Assembly: GCF_011947365.2 (NCBI RefSeq)
Contig: NZ_JAAVSH020000001.1
Coordinates: 3,356,697 to 3,380,628, forward strand
From: an endosymbiont of Lamellibrachia barhami
Lineage (GTDB): Bacteria > Pseudomonadota > Gammaproteobacteria > Chromatiales > Chromatiaceae
Direction of reading: 5' to 3'
Length of the DNA stretch: 23,932 nt
Within the stretch, counting starts at the first letter, position 1. Every line of letters starts with the position of its first letter. Positions 1-7,492 of the stretch are shown here, piece after piece. Under the pieces are notes generated by a model, which worked only from the letters and a program-made list of their open reading frames with translations, ran no database searches and had not been told where the DNA came from. The translations under genes were made by a program, and so were the position numbers.

Positions 1-282
1 AATGCCTATCGGGGCGTACTTTCCACGATTAGCCGGGTAGGGGCTCTCAAGGCTGCCACAGTCTCCGCCAAGAGTGCGCTGGACTCCACCCAGGCTGGCT
101 ACGAGGTCGGTACCAGAACCATCGTTGATGTGCTGAACGTGCAACGAAATCTCTTCTCATCCCAGAGTGACTATGCACGCTCACGCTATGATTACATCCT
201 CAATGGCCTGCAGTTGAAGCAGGCTGCGGGTAATCTGACCCAGTCGGATCTGGAAGGCATCAACGCCTGGTTGGAGCGATAA
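1..282 (+). CDS. tolC: TolC-family outer-membrane channel protein, C-terminal fragment (5' end lies outside the window)
   Basis: Frame +1 is open from base 1 to TAA at 280-282. The translation ...[61 protein letters not shown] resembles the last helical repeat of TolC/OMF proteins (compare E. coli ARYNYLINQLNIKSALGTLNEQDLLALN). Confidence 0.7.
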   Translation, partial: NAYRGVLSTISRVGALKAATVSAKSALDSTQAGYEVGTRTIVDVLNVQRNLFSSQSDYARSRYDYILNGLQLKQAAGNLTQSDLEGINAWLER

Positions 283-286
283 CCTT

Positions 287-1372
287 ATGTCGGGCAACAG
301 CTTCGGCAAACTCTTCAGCGTAACCTCGTTCGGCGAGAGCCACGGACCGGCAATCGGCTGTATCGTCGACGGGTGCCCCCCTGGTCTGGAATTGAGTGAG
401 GCGGATCTGCAGCGGGATCTTGACCGAAGAAAGCCGGGGACATCGCGCCACACCACACAACGCCGTGAAGCGGATGAAGTGCAGATCCTCTCCGGTGTCT
501 TCGAAGGCAAGACCACGGGTACGCCCATCGGTCTGATCATCCACAATACGGACCAGCGCTCCAAGGACTACTCGGAAATCATGGATCGTTTCCGTCCGGG
601 ACATGCTGACTACACCTATACTCAGAAATACGGATTTCGTGACTACCGGGGTGGTGGACGCTCCTCTGCGCGGGAGACCGCCATGCGCGTGGCTGCCGGC
701 GGCATTGCGAAGAAGTATCTCAAAGTGCGTTATGGCATCGAGATTCGCGGTTACCTGGCGCAGCTCGGCCCCATCAAACCGGGGAAGTTTGTTTGGGACG
801 ATGTGAATGAAAATGCTTTTTTCTGCCCCGATCTCTACAAGGTGCCGGAACTCGAGGCCTACATGGATCAACTGCGCCAGGAGGGGAACTCCATCGGTGC
901 GCGGATCAATGTGGTTGCCACTGGTGTGCCACCGGGATTGGGCGAACCGATTTTCGACCGTCTTGACGCAGAGATCGCCCATGCGATGATGAGTATCAAC
1001 GCGGTGAAGGGTGTGGAGATAGGTGACGGATTCGCCTGTGTGGAACAGAAGGGTACCGAACATCGGGACGAGATGACGCCGGATGGTTTCAAGAGTAACC
1101 ATGCCGGTGGTGTGTTGGGTGGTATCTCAAGCGGTCAGGATATTCTCGCCAGCATTGCGCTGAAACCCACTTCCAGCCTGAGGCTACCGGGACACACGGT
1201 GAACAAAGAAGGCAAATCGGTCGAGGTGGTCACCAAGGGGCGTCATGACCCATGCGTCGGGATTCGCGCCACCCCCATCGCTGAGGCCATGATGGCGATG
1301 GTGCTGATGGACCATATGTTGCGCCATCGTGGACAGAATATGGACGTGCATTCGGGTACGCCTGTTATTTAA
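287..1372 (+). CDS. aroC: Chorismate synthase
   Basis: 361-aa ORF. The N-terminus [33 protein letters not shown] and the internal [17 protein letters not shown] and RHDPCVG motifs are typical AroC signatures. Confidence 0.97.
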   Translation: MSGNSFGKLFSVTSFGESHGPAIGCIVDGCPPGLELSEADLQRDLDRRKPGTSRHTTQRREADEVQILSGVFEGKTTGTPIGLIIHNTDQRSKDYSEIMDRFRPGHADYTYTQKYGFRDYRGGGRSSARETAMRVAAGGIAKKYLKVRYGIEIRGYLAQLGPIKPGKFVWDDVNENAFFCPDLYKVPELEAYMDQLRQEGNSIGARINVVATGVPPGLGEPIFDRLDAEIAHAMMSINAVKGVEIGDGFACVEQKGTEHRDEMTPDGFKSNHAGGVLGGISSGQDILASIALKPTSSLRLPGHTVNKEGKSVEVVTKGRHDPCVGIRATPIAEAMMAMVLMDHMLRHRGQNMDVHSGTPVI

Positions 1373-2508
1373 TGCCGTACTGGCGCCTTTCCGGTTTCTA
1401 CCTCTTCTACTTCGCCTCGCTCGGGGCGCTATTGCCGTTCTGGGGACTCTATCTAAAGGACCGCGGTTTCGCCCCCTCAGAGATAGGGGAGTTGATGGCA
1501 GTGATCATGTTTACCAAACTGGTCGCGCCCAACGTCTGGGGCTGGATCGCCGATCACACCGGTCGGCGTATGCCCATCGTCCGTCTTGCATCATTGATGG
1601 CGCTGATCATCTTTGGCGGCGTCTTCTACGCCGAAGGGTTCTGGATGCTGGCGCTGGTGATGATGCTGTTCAGTTTCTTCTGGAACGCATCGCTGCCCCA
1701 GTTTGAAGCGGTGACCCTCAGCTATCTGGGTGACCAAATCCAGCAGTACAGCCGTATACGTCTCTGGGGTTCCATCGGTTTTATTATTACGGTCGTCGGG
1801 CTCGGTTATCTCATCGACAGGATGGAGGTCGGGTTGGTGCCGATGGTGGTGCTGGTGTTCTATCTTGGTATCTGGCTAAGCAGTCTCGTGGTGCCGGAGC
1901 GGGGCGCAAAAATGCCCCACCATGAACAGGGTTCGATACTGGCGGTATTGAAGCGCAAGGAGGTCATTGCGTTTCTGGCCGCCTGCTTCCTCATGCAGGC
2001 GAGTCACAGTGCCTACTACGCCTTCTACTCGATCTACATGGAAGAGCACGGTTATTCCAGTACCCTCATTGGCCAACTCTGGGCGCTGGGAGTGGTTGCT
2101 GAAGTCCTGGTATTTCTGGTGATGCACCGGCTGTTGCATCGCTGGGGCGCTCGAAAAGTGGTGATCGCAAGCCTGATTATTGCAGTCGTGCGCTGGGTGA
2201 TCGTCGGCAGCGCGCCTGACCAGTTGTTCCTGGTATTGCTTGCCCAAGTTATGCACGCAGCCACCTTTGGTACCTTTCACGCGGCGGCCATCCACCTGGT
2301 CCACCACTTTTTTGTCGGTAAGCATCAGGGGCGGGGACAGGCCCTCTACAGCAGTATCAGCTTTGGTGGTGGCGGTGCCTTCGGCAGTCTGCTCAGTGGA
2401 TATCTCTGGACTGGGATCGGACCGGGACCCACCTATTGGGTCGCGGCGGGTTATGCGTTCCTGGCGATGTTGATCGTTTGGCGTTGGCTCAATCATGAAG
2501 CGGCCTGA
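1372..2508 (+). CDS. MFS transporter, HcaT/PPP-family-like (MFS_1_like)
   Basis: 378-aa highly hydrophobic ORF. Its start overlaps the aroC stop (TAATG at 1370-1374). Blocks such as [26 protein letters not shown]...[13 protein letters not shown] and VRWVIVG align with E. coli HcaT. The substrate is unknown. Confidence 0.8.
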   Translation: MPYWRLSGFYLFYFASLGALLPFWGLYLKDRGFAPSEIGELMAVIMFTKLVAPNVWGWIADHTGRRMPIVRLASLMALIIFGGVFYAEGFWMLALVMMLFSFFWNASLPQFEAVTLSYLGDQIQQYSRIRLWGSIGFIITVVGLGYLIDRMEVGLVPMVVLVFYLGIWLSSLVVPERGAKMPHHEQGSILAVLKRKEVIAFLAACFLMQASHSAYYAFYSIYMEEHGYSSTLIGQLWALGVVAEVLVFLVMHRLLHRWGARKVVIASLIIAVVRWVIVGSAPDQLFLVLLAQVMHAATFGTFHAAAIHLVHHFFVGKHQGRGQALYSSISFGGGGAFGSLLSGYLWTGIGPGPTYWVAAGYAFLAMLIVWRWLNHEAA

Positions 2509-3226
2509 TTCGCATCCGCTGGAGCAGCTGGTCAAATCTCTGGATGGGGCTGCGACGGATATGCAACTGGTCAAAACCCCACAACGTCTGGAACTGCATC
2601 AGGCATCGGATGGTGGAGTGCTCTATATCGATTTTGTCTCAGGCAAAAATGCGCATCGCCGTCAGTTCGGCGGCGGCCGGGGACAACCGCTGGCCAGAGC
2701 GGTCGGACTCAAGAAAGGCTTAAATCCAAAAGTGCTGGATGCCACGGCGGGACTTGGTCGAGATGCGTTTGTACTGGCGACATTAGGTTGTAAAGTTCAG
2801 CTGCTTGAACGCTCTCCCGTTATCGCTGCTTTGTTGCAGGATGGTCTTGATCGTGCGTCGCAGGATGCCGCCGTCGGACAGATTGCCGCGCGGATGGAAC
2901 TGTTTGCGGCTGATGCCATTCTATTCATGCGGGGTTTGAAAGAGGCCTACAGACCGGATGTGGTCTACCTGGATCCGATGTATCCCCACCGCAAGAAATC
3001 GGCCCTGGTGAAAAAGGAGATGCGAGTCTTCCGCACTCTTGTGGGTGATGATCCGGATGCGGCTGAATTGTTGTGGGCCGCGCGGGAGTGCGCCCTGGCC
3101 AGAGTCGTGGTGAAACGCCCGGCCAAGGCGGGTTTTCTTGGTGAAGCCGAGCCAAGCATGTCGATCAAAAGCCCGAACACCCGCTACGATGTCTACATCA
3201 AATGCGGGCTACAGGCGGTCGATTGA
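2495..3226 (+). CDS. rsmJ: 16S rRNA (guanine1516-N2)-methyltransferase RsmJ
   Basis: 243-aa ORF with [19 protein letters not shown] (SAM motif I), [29 protein letters not shown] and RVVVKRP, matching E. coli RsmJ (YhiQ) blocks. The ATG at 2495 overlaps the MFS gene end by 14 nt. Confidence 0.9.
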   Translation: MKRPDSHPLEQLVKSLDGAATDMQLVKTPQRLELHQASDGGVLYIDFVSGKNAHRRQFGGGRGQPLARAVGLKKGLNPKVLDATAGLGRDAFVLATLGCKVQLLERSPVIAALLQDGLDRASQDAAVGQIAARMELFAADAILFMRGLKEAYRPDVVYLDPMYPHRKKSALVKKEMRVFRTLVGDDPDAAELLWAARECALARVVVKRPAKAGFLGEAEPSMSIKSPNTRYDVYIKCGLQAVD

Positions 3227-3227
3227 G

Positions 3228-4355
3228 ATGGAGCGTTTTGCCACACTCTTTGGTGAATTTTCACTCAGCCGCTATCCAGTGCGCGCTAAAGAGAAGCTGC
3301 GTGCCTGGGATGCAGCGGACGAGTATCTTCTTAACTTTCTTGCCGATGAGGATCTGCTATCACAAAGTCGCAAACTCCTGATCCTGAACGATAGTTTTGG
3401 CGCCCTTGGAACAGCCTTGGCGCAATTTGCACCGGTGAGTCAGGTTGATTCTTTTCTCGCTGAAGAGGCTACACGGCAGAATCTGTCAAACAATGGATTG
3501 TCGGTGGACGCGGTATCACTTATCGATTCACTCCAAACCCACCGAACCCGCTACGATCTGGTGCTGGTCAGAGTCACCAAGACCCTCGCGCTTCTGGAGG
3601 ATGAACTGCTACGGCTGAGGCCCCATCTGGCGGATAACTGCCGCATCATCGGCTGCGGTATGGTGAAGCAGATCCACAGCTCCACTCTGAAACTGTTTGA
3701 GTCGGTCATCGGGCCGACCAGGACCTCTCTGGCAAAGAAGAAGGCGCGCCTGATCTTTTCCGATCCAGACACGACACTGCCGGTTTCATCCTCTCCCTAT
3801 CCGCTCTCTTATTCGTTGGAAGATAGCGAATATCGACTGATCAACCACGCCAATGTATTTTCCCGCGACAGGCTTGATATCGGCACTCGGCTCTTGCTGC
3901 AACATATTCCGGCGCAGGGGTTGTCAGAGATTGTGGATCTGGGTTGCGGCAACGGTGTGGTGGGTCTCATCGCGGCGGAAAGAAATCCCCATGCACGGAT
4001 CCATTTCGTGGACGAGTCCTACATGGCGGTTGCAAGCGCCAAGGCGACCTTTGTGGCTTCCGGCATGGGAAATAGCGCGGTGTTCAGAGTGGCGGATGCA
4101 TTGAGCGGTTTCACCCCTGAAACCGTGGATCTGGTTCTCTGTAATCCCCCCTTTCACCAGCAGCAGGTGGTGGGTGATTTCATCGCCTGGCGTATGTTCA
4201 GTCAGGCGGTGAAGGTGTTAAAACGCGGGGGAGAGCTGCGTATCGTCGGTAATCGTCACCTCAACTATCACGCCAAACTGAAACGTCTGTTTGGTAATGT
4301 GGAACAGCTCTCCGTTGATCCGAAATTCGTCATACTGCGGGCGGTTAAACGATAA
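3228..4355 (+). CDS. rlmG: 23S rRNA (guanine1835-N2)-methyltransferase RlmG, paralog 1
   Basis: 375 aa from the ATG at 3228, which lies 1 nt after the rsmJ TGA (tgagatg). Matches to E. coli RlmG (YgjO): LRAWDAADEYLL, LILNDSFGAL, HANVFSRDRLDIGTR, VDLGCGNGVVG (motif I), FVDESYMAVAS, LCNPPFHQQ (motif IV) and FVILRAVK. The track ORF start at 3138 is an out-of-context extension overlapping rsmJ. Confidence 0.9.
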   Translation: MERFATLFGEFSLSRYPVRAKEKLRAWDAADEYLLNFLADEDLLSQSRKLLILNDSFGALGTALAQFAPVSQVDSFLAEEATRQNLSNNGLSVDAVSLIDSLQTHRTRYDLVLVRVTKTLALLEDELLRLRPHLADNCRIIGCGMVKQIHSSTLKLFESVIGPTRTSLAKKKARLIFSDPDTTLPVSSSPYPLSYSLEDSEYRLINHANVFSRDRLDIGTRLLLQHIPAQGLSEIVDLGCGNGVVGLIAAERNPHARIHFVDESYMAVASAKATFVASGMGNSAVFRVADALSGFTPETVDLVLCNPPFHQQQVVGDFIAWRMFSQAVKVLKRGGELRIVGNRHLNYHAKLKRLFGNVEQLSVDPKFVILRAVKR

Positions 4356-4424
4356 TCTTTCGCCACTGTCTTTATCGGTGCTGCATCACCTGCGCACATT
4401 GGACAAAGTACGCTCCTACGGGTT

Positions 4425-4835
4425 TTACTCTGACCCCAAACTGCAGAGTTTCCTTAGGTGGATATCAATCCTGCATCGCCTGCGCCGCGTTCGATAAAGT
4501 CCGCTGCCGGTGTGTCACCAAACCCAACGCGCGCTCAGTCGGATCTGCTCAACATTAGGTGATCAGTCCTGGCGTCAATAGGGTCTCCGGCAGCAGAGCC
4601 AGCCCAATCCGATCGACGCCAGCATCTTCAATGTCTCAGATAGTCGGTAGGCTGCAGTTGATCTTATATCCCTCTGCTTCGAGGCGATCTTTCAGCAGTG
4701 TTCGCGTGTAGGTGCCGGTCGGAGGACCGCAGGATGTTGGATAAGCTTCAATCGATGTTGGCCGACCGGCCAGCGGGTGCTCTCCCCACGATGAAACAGA
4801 GTGGGTCGTGCCAAACCTGCTGCGTCAGCAGATTT
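4425..4835 (-). pseudogene. Orphan 3' remnant of the LysR-family regulator gene (copy of 6512-6925), disrupted by many frameshifts
   Basis: Nucleotide-level alignment to the 3' part of the intact lysR gene, but with at least 12 small indels in about 410 nt. Examples: gcgctcagtc vs gcgctccagtc; tcggtaggctg vs tcggtggagaggctg; ggtgccggtcgg vs ggtgcccagggtcggg. No - strand ORF of 60 aa or more survives here, and the 5' HTH-encoding part is absent. Confidence 0.85.
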
Positions 4836-4838
4836 TCA

Positions 4839-5307
4839 TCGAGATGCGTTTGTACTGGCGACATTAGGTTGTAAAGTTCAGCTGCTTGAACGCTCTCCCG
4901 TTATCGCTGCTTTGTTGCAGGATGGTCTTGATCGTGCGTTGGAGGATGCAGCCGTCGGACAGATTGCCGCGCGGATGGAACTGTTTTCGGCTGATGCCAT
5001 TCTGTTCATGCGGGGTTTGAAAGAGGCCTACAGACCGGATGTGGTCTACCTGGATCCGATGTATCCCCATCGCAAGAAATCGGCCCTGGTGAAAAAGGAG
5101 ATGCGAGTCTTCCGCACTCTTGTGGGTGATGATCCGGATGCGGCTGAATTGTTGCGGGCCGCGCGGGAGTGCGCTCTGGCCAGAGTCGTGGTGAAACGTC
5201 CGGCCAAGGCGGGTTTTCTTGGTGAAGCCGAGCCAAGCATGTCGATCAAAGGCCCGAACACCCGCTACGATGTCTATATCAAACGCGGGCTACAGGCGGT
5301 CGATTGA
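4839..5307 (+). pseudogene. Truncated rsmJ (3' 156 codons only). The frame is intact and lies within a 168-codon ORF starting at GTG 4801
   Basis: 12 nt differences and no indels against rsmJ 2758-3226. It lacks the first ~88 codons, including most of the [11 protein letters not shown] motif. The 13 N-terminal codons of ORF 4801-5307 (MGRAKPAASADFH) come from the antisense of the lysR remnant. No Shine-Dalgarno sequence is evident before GTG 4801. Confidence 0.8.
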
Positions 5308-5308
5308 G

Positions 5309-6436
5309 ATGGAGCGTTTTGCCACCCCCTTTGGTGAATTTTCACTCAGCCGCTATCCAGTGCGTTCTAAAGAGAAGCTGCGTGCCTGGGATGCAGCGGA
5401 CGAGTATCTTCTTAACTTTCTTGCCGATGAGAATCTGCTTTCACAGAGCAGCAAACTCCTGATCCTGAACGACAGTTTTGGCGCCCTTGGAACAGCCTTG
5501 GCGCAATTTGCACCGGTGAGTCAGGTTGATTCTTTTCTCGCTGAAGAGGCTACACGGCAGAATCTGTCAGCCAATGGATTGCCGGTGGACGCGGTATCAC
5601 TTATCGATTCACTCCAAACCCACCAAACCCGTTACGATCTGGTACTGGTCAGAGTCACCAAGACCCTCGCGCTGCTGGAGGATGAACTGCTGCGACTGAA
5701 GCCCCATCTGGCGGATAACTGCCGCATCATCGGCTGCGGTATGGTGAAGCAGATCCACAGCTCCACTCTGAAACTGTTTGAGTCGGTCATCGGGCCGACC
5801 AGGACCTCTCTGGCAAAGAAGAAGGCGCGCCTGATCTTTTCCGATCCAGACACGACACTGCCGGTTTCATCCTCTCCCTATCCGCTCTCTTATTCGTTGG
5901 AAGATAGCGAATATCGACTGATCAACCACGCCAATGTATTTTCCCGCGACAGGCTTGATATCGGCACTCGGCTCTTGCTGCAACATATTCCGGCGCAGGG
6001 GTTGTCAGAGATTGTGGATCTGGGTTGCGGCAACGGTGTGGTGGGTCTCATCGCAGCGGAAAGAAATCCCCATGCACGAATCCATTTCGTGGACGAGTCC
6101 TACATGGCGGTTGCCAGCGCCAAGGCGACCTTTGAGGCTTCCGGCCTGGGAAATAGCGCGGTGTTCAGAGTGGCGGATGCATTGAGCGGTATCACCCCTG
6201 AAACCGTGGATTTGGTTCTCTGTAATCCCCCCTTTCACCAGCAGCAGGTGGTGGGTGATTTCATCGCCTGGCGTATGTTCAGTCAGGCGGTGAAGGTGTT
6301 AAAACGCGGGGGAGAGCTGCGTATCGTCGGTAATCGTCATCTCAACTATCACGCCAAACTGAAACGTCTGTTTGGTAATGTGGAACAGCTCTCCGTTGAT
6401 CCGAAATTCGTCATACTGCGGGCGGTTAAACGATAA
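5309..6436 (+). CDS. rlmG: 23S rRNA (guanine1835-N2)-methyltransferase RlmG, paralog 2
   Basis: 375 aa, 11 aa differences from paralog 1, with all catalytic motifs (VDLGCGNGVVG, NPPFHQQ) intact. The same tgagatg stop/start junction (5305-5311) links it to the upstream truncated rsmJ ORF. Confidence 0.9.
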   Translation: MERFATPFGEFSLSRYPVRSKEKLRAWDAADEYLLNFLADENLLSQSSKLLILNDSFGALGTALAQFAPVSQVDSFLAEEATRQNLSANGLPVDAVSLIDSLQTHQTRYDLVLVRVTKTLALLEDELLRLKPHLADNCRIIGCGMVKQIHSSTLKLFESVIGPTRTSLAKKKARLIFSDPDTTLPVSSSPYPLSYSLEDSEYRLINHANVFSRDRLDIGTRLLLQHIPAQGLSEIVDLGCGNGVVGLIAAERNPHARIHFVDESYMAVASAKATFEASGLGNSAVFRVADALSGITPETVDLVLCNPPFHQQQVVGDFIAWRMFSQAVKVLKRGGELRIVGNRHLNYHAKLKRLFGNVEQLSVDPKFVILRAVKR

Positions 6437-6511
6437 TCTTTTCGCCACTGTCTTTTATCAATTGCTGCATCACCTGCGCACATTGGACAAAGTACGCTCC
6501 TACAGGGGTTT

Positions 6512-7396
6512 TTACTCTGACCCCAAACTCCTAGGTGGGAGTATCAATCCCTGCATCGCCTGCGCCGCGTTCGATAAAGTCCGCTGCCGGTGTGTCACCA
6601 AACCCAACGCGCGCTCCAGTCGGATCTCTTCAACATTGAGTCTGATCAGTCCTGGCGTCAATAGGGTCTCCGGCAGCAGAGCCCAGCCCAATCCGATCGA
6701 CGCCAGCATCTTCAATGTCTCCAGATAGTCGGTGGAGAGGCTGCAGTTGATCTTATATCCCTCTGCTTCGAGGCGATCTTCCGGCAGTGTTCGCGTGTAG
6801 GTGCCCAGGGTCGGGAGGACCGCAGGATGTTGGATAAGCTCTTCAATCCCGATGTTGGCCCGACCGGCCAGCGGGTGCTCCTCCCCCACGATGAAACAGA
6901 GTGGGTCGTGCCAAACCTGCTGCGTCAGCAGATTTCGGGAGGGCTGCAGAGGCAGTGTGACCACGCCCAGTTCCAGCTCTCCACTCTCCACTGCAAGGCA
7001 GGCCTTTTCCGATCCCATGAAACGGATATCAAGTGTGACTGCGGGGTAGCTGTCAGCATAGCTTCTAAGAAAGGGCGGTAGACGATGCAGGCCGATATGG
7101 TGGCTGGTGCCCATGGCCAGTGTGCCTCCGACCTCGCCGCTCAGATTGGAAAGCTCACGCCGGATGTCGGTGATCTCCTCGACTATCTGTTCTGCCCGCG
7201 GCAATAGCTGTCTCCCCGCTTCGGTAAGGACAATCTGCCGCCCGATGCGATCAAACAACCGGCAGTTGAGTTCCGTCTCCAGCCCGGCGACCCGCTTGCT
7301 GACCGCCGGCTGGGTGATGAATAAGATCCCGGTAGCTTGGGAGAATGAGCCGGAGCGGGTGACCTCTACAAAGGCGCGTAGATTGGCGAATTCCAC
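6512..7396 (-). CDS. LysR-family transcriptional regulator, divergent from leuC
   Basis: 294-aa ORF with a GTG start at 7396. N-terminal HTH: MEFANLRAFVEVTRSGSFSQATGILFITQPAVSKRVAGLETELNCRLFDRIGRQIVLTEAG. The C-terminal part is a LysR substrate-binding domain. A LysR gene divergent from leuC is also known in Pseudomonas. Confidence 0.9.
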   Translation of the reverse strand: MEFANLRAFVEVTRSGSFSQATGILFITQPAVSKRVAGLETELNCRLFDRIGRQIVLTEAGRQLLPRAEQIVEEITDIRRELSNLSGEVGGTLAMGTSHHIGLHRLPPFLRSYADSYPAVTLDIRFMGSEKACLAVESGELELGVVTLPLQPSRNLLTQQVWHDPLCFIVGEEHPLAGRANIGIEELIQHPAVLPTLGTYTRTLPEDRLEAEGYKINCSLSTDYLETLKMLASIGLGWALLPETLLTPGLIRLNVEEIRLERALGLVTHRQRTLSNAAQAMQGLILPPRSLGSE

Positions 7397-7400
7397 ATGT

Positions 7401-7415
7401 ATTCCTAAATAGAAT
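7401..7415. promoter_or_regulatory. Candidate LysR-type T-N11-A binding box (ATTC-N7-GAAT) in the lysR/leuC divergent spacer
   Basis: attcctaaatagaat is a 4+7+4 dyad fitting T-N11-A. It lies 5 nt upstream of the lysR start in a very AT-rich 96-bp spacer and is followed by a 9-bp tandem aaaaatatg x2 (7417-7434). Confidence 0.4.
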
Positions 7416-7492
7416 AAAAAATATGAAAAATATGAATTTGTATTATATATCAGGACATCCTATGGTTTCACAATCATGATGAGGCAAGGCTG

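Larger units (their letters stand above)
2758..4835. repeat. Tandem duplication, copy 1 (rsmJ 3' two-thirds + rlmG + spacer + lysR 3' remnant)
   Basis: Collinear with 4839-6925 at a constant offset of 2081 nt from 2758 through 4355. After 4355, small indels shift the offset to 2090 at the end. Three unmatched nt (tca, 4836-4838) sit at the junction. Confidence 0.95.
4839..6925. repeat. Tandem duplication, copy 2 (orphan rsmJ 3' fragment + rlmG + spacer + 3' part of the intact lysR)
   Basis: See copy 1. Sequence left of the junction (…tgcgtcagcagattt, 4821-4835) equals lysR-internal 6911-6925. Sequence right of it (tcgagatgcgtttgtactgg, from 4839) equals rsmJ-internal 2758 onward. Confidence 0.95.

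Noticed and set aside
260-1102. 280-aa ORF on the - strand
   Set aside because: It lies entirely antisense to the well-supported aroC frame and has no recognisable motifs. Long antisense ORFs are expected in GC-rich coding DNA.
3138-3227. N-terminal extension of the rlmG ORFs ([15 protein letters not shown]…, also 5219-5308)
   Set aside because: It overlaps the rsmJ 3' end in another frame. RlmG homology begins at MERFAT… (ATG 3228 / 5309), which sits right after the rsmJ stop.
6372-6728. 118-aa + strand ORF running from the rlmG-2 3' end into lysR
   Set aside because: It is out of frame with rlmG and antisense to the lysR 3' end. The translation is low-complexity and the copy-1 equivalent is broken (4291-4497), so it is not conserved even within the duplication.
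2758-6925. The duplication as a pure assembly artefact (collapsed or expanded repeat)
   Set aside because: The copies differ by about 2.5% substitutions plus many indels, and the junction is a unique chimeric sequence, which exact-repeat mis-assembly would not create. Merging of strain variants in a metagenome bin cannot be excluded without long reads (see finding).
7462-7479. Mini-ORF MVSQS upstream of leuC as a possible leu leader peptide
   Set aside because: It has no leucine codons and no terminator/antiterminator structures follow, so it is not an attenuation leader.
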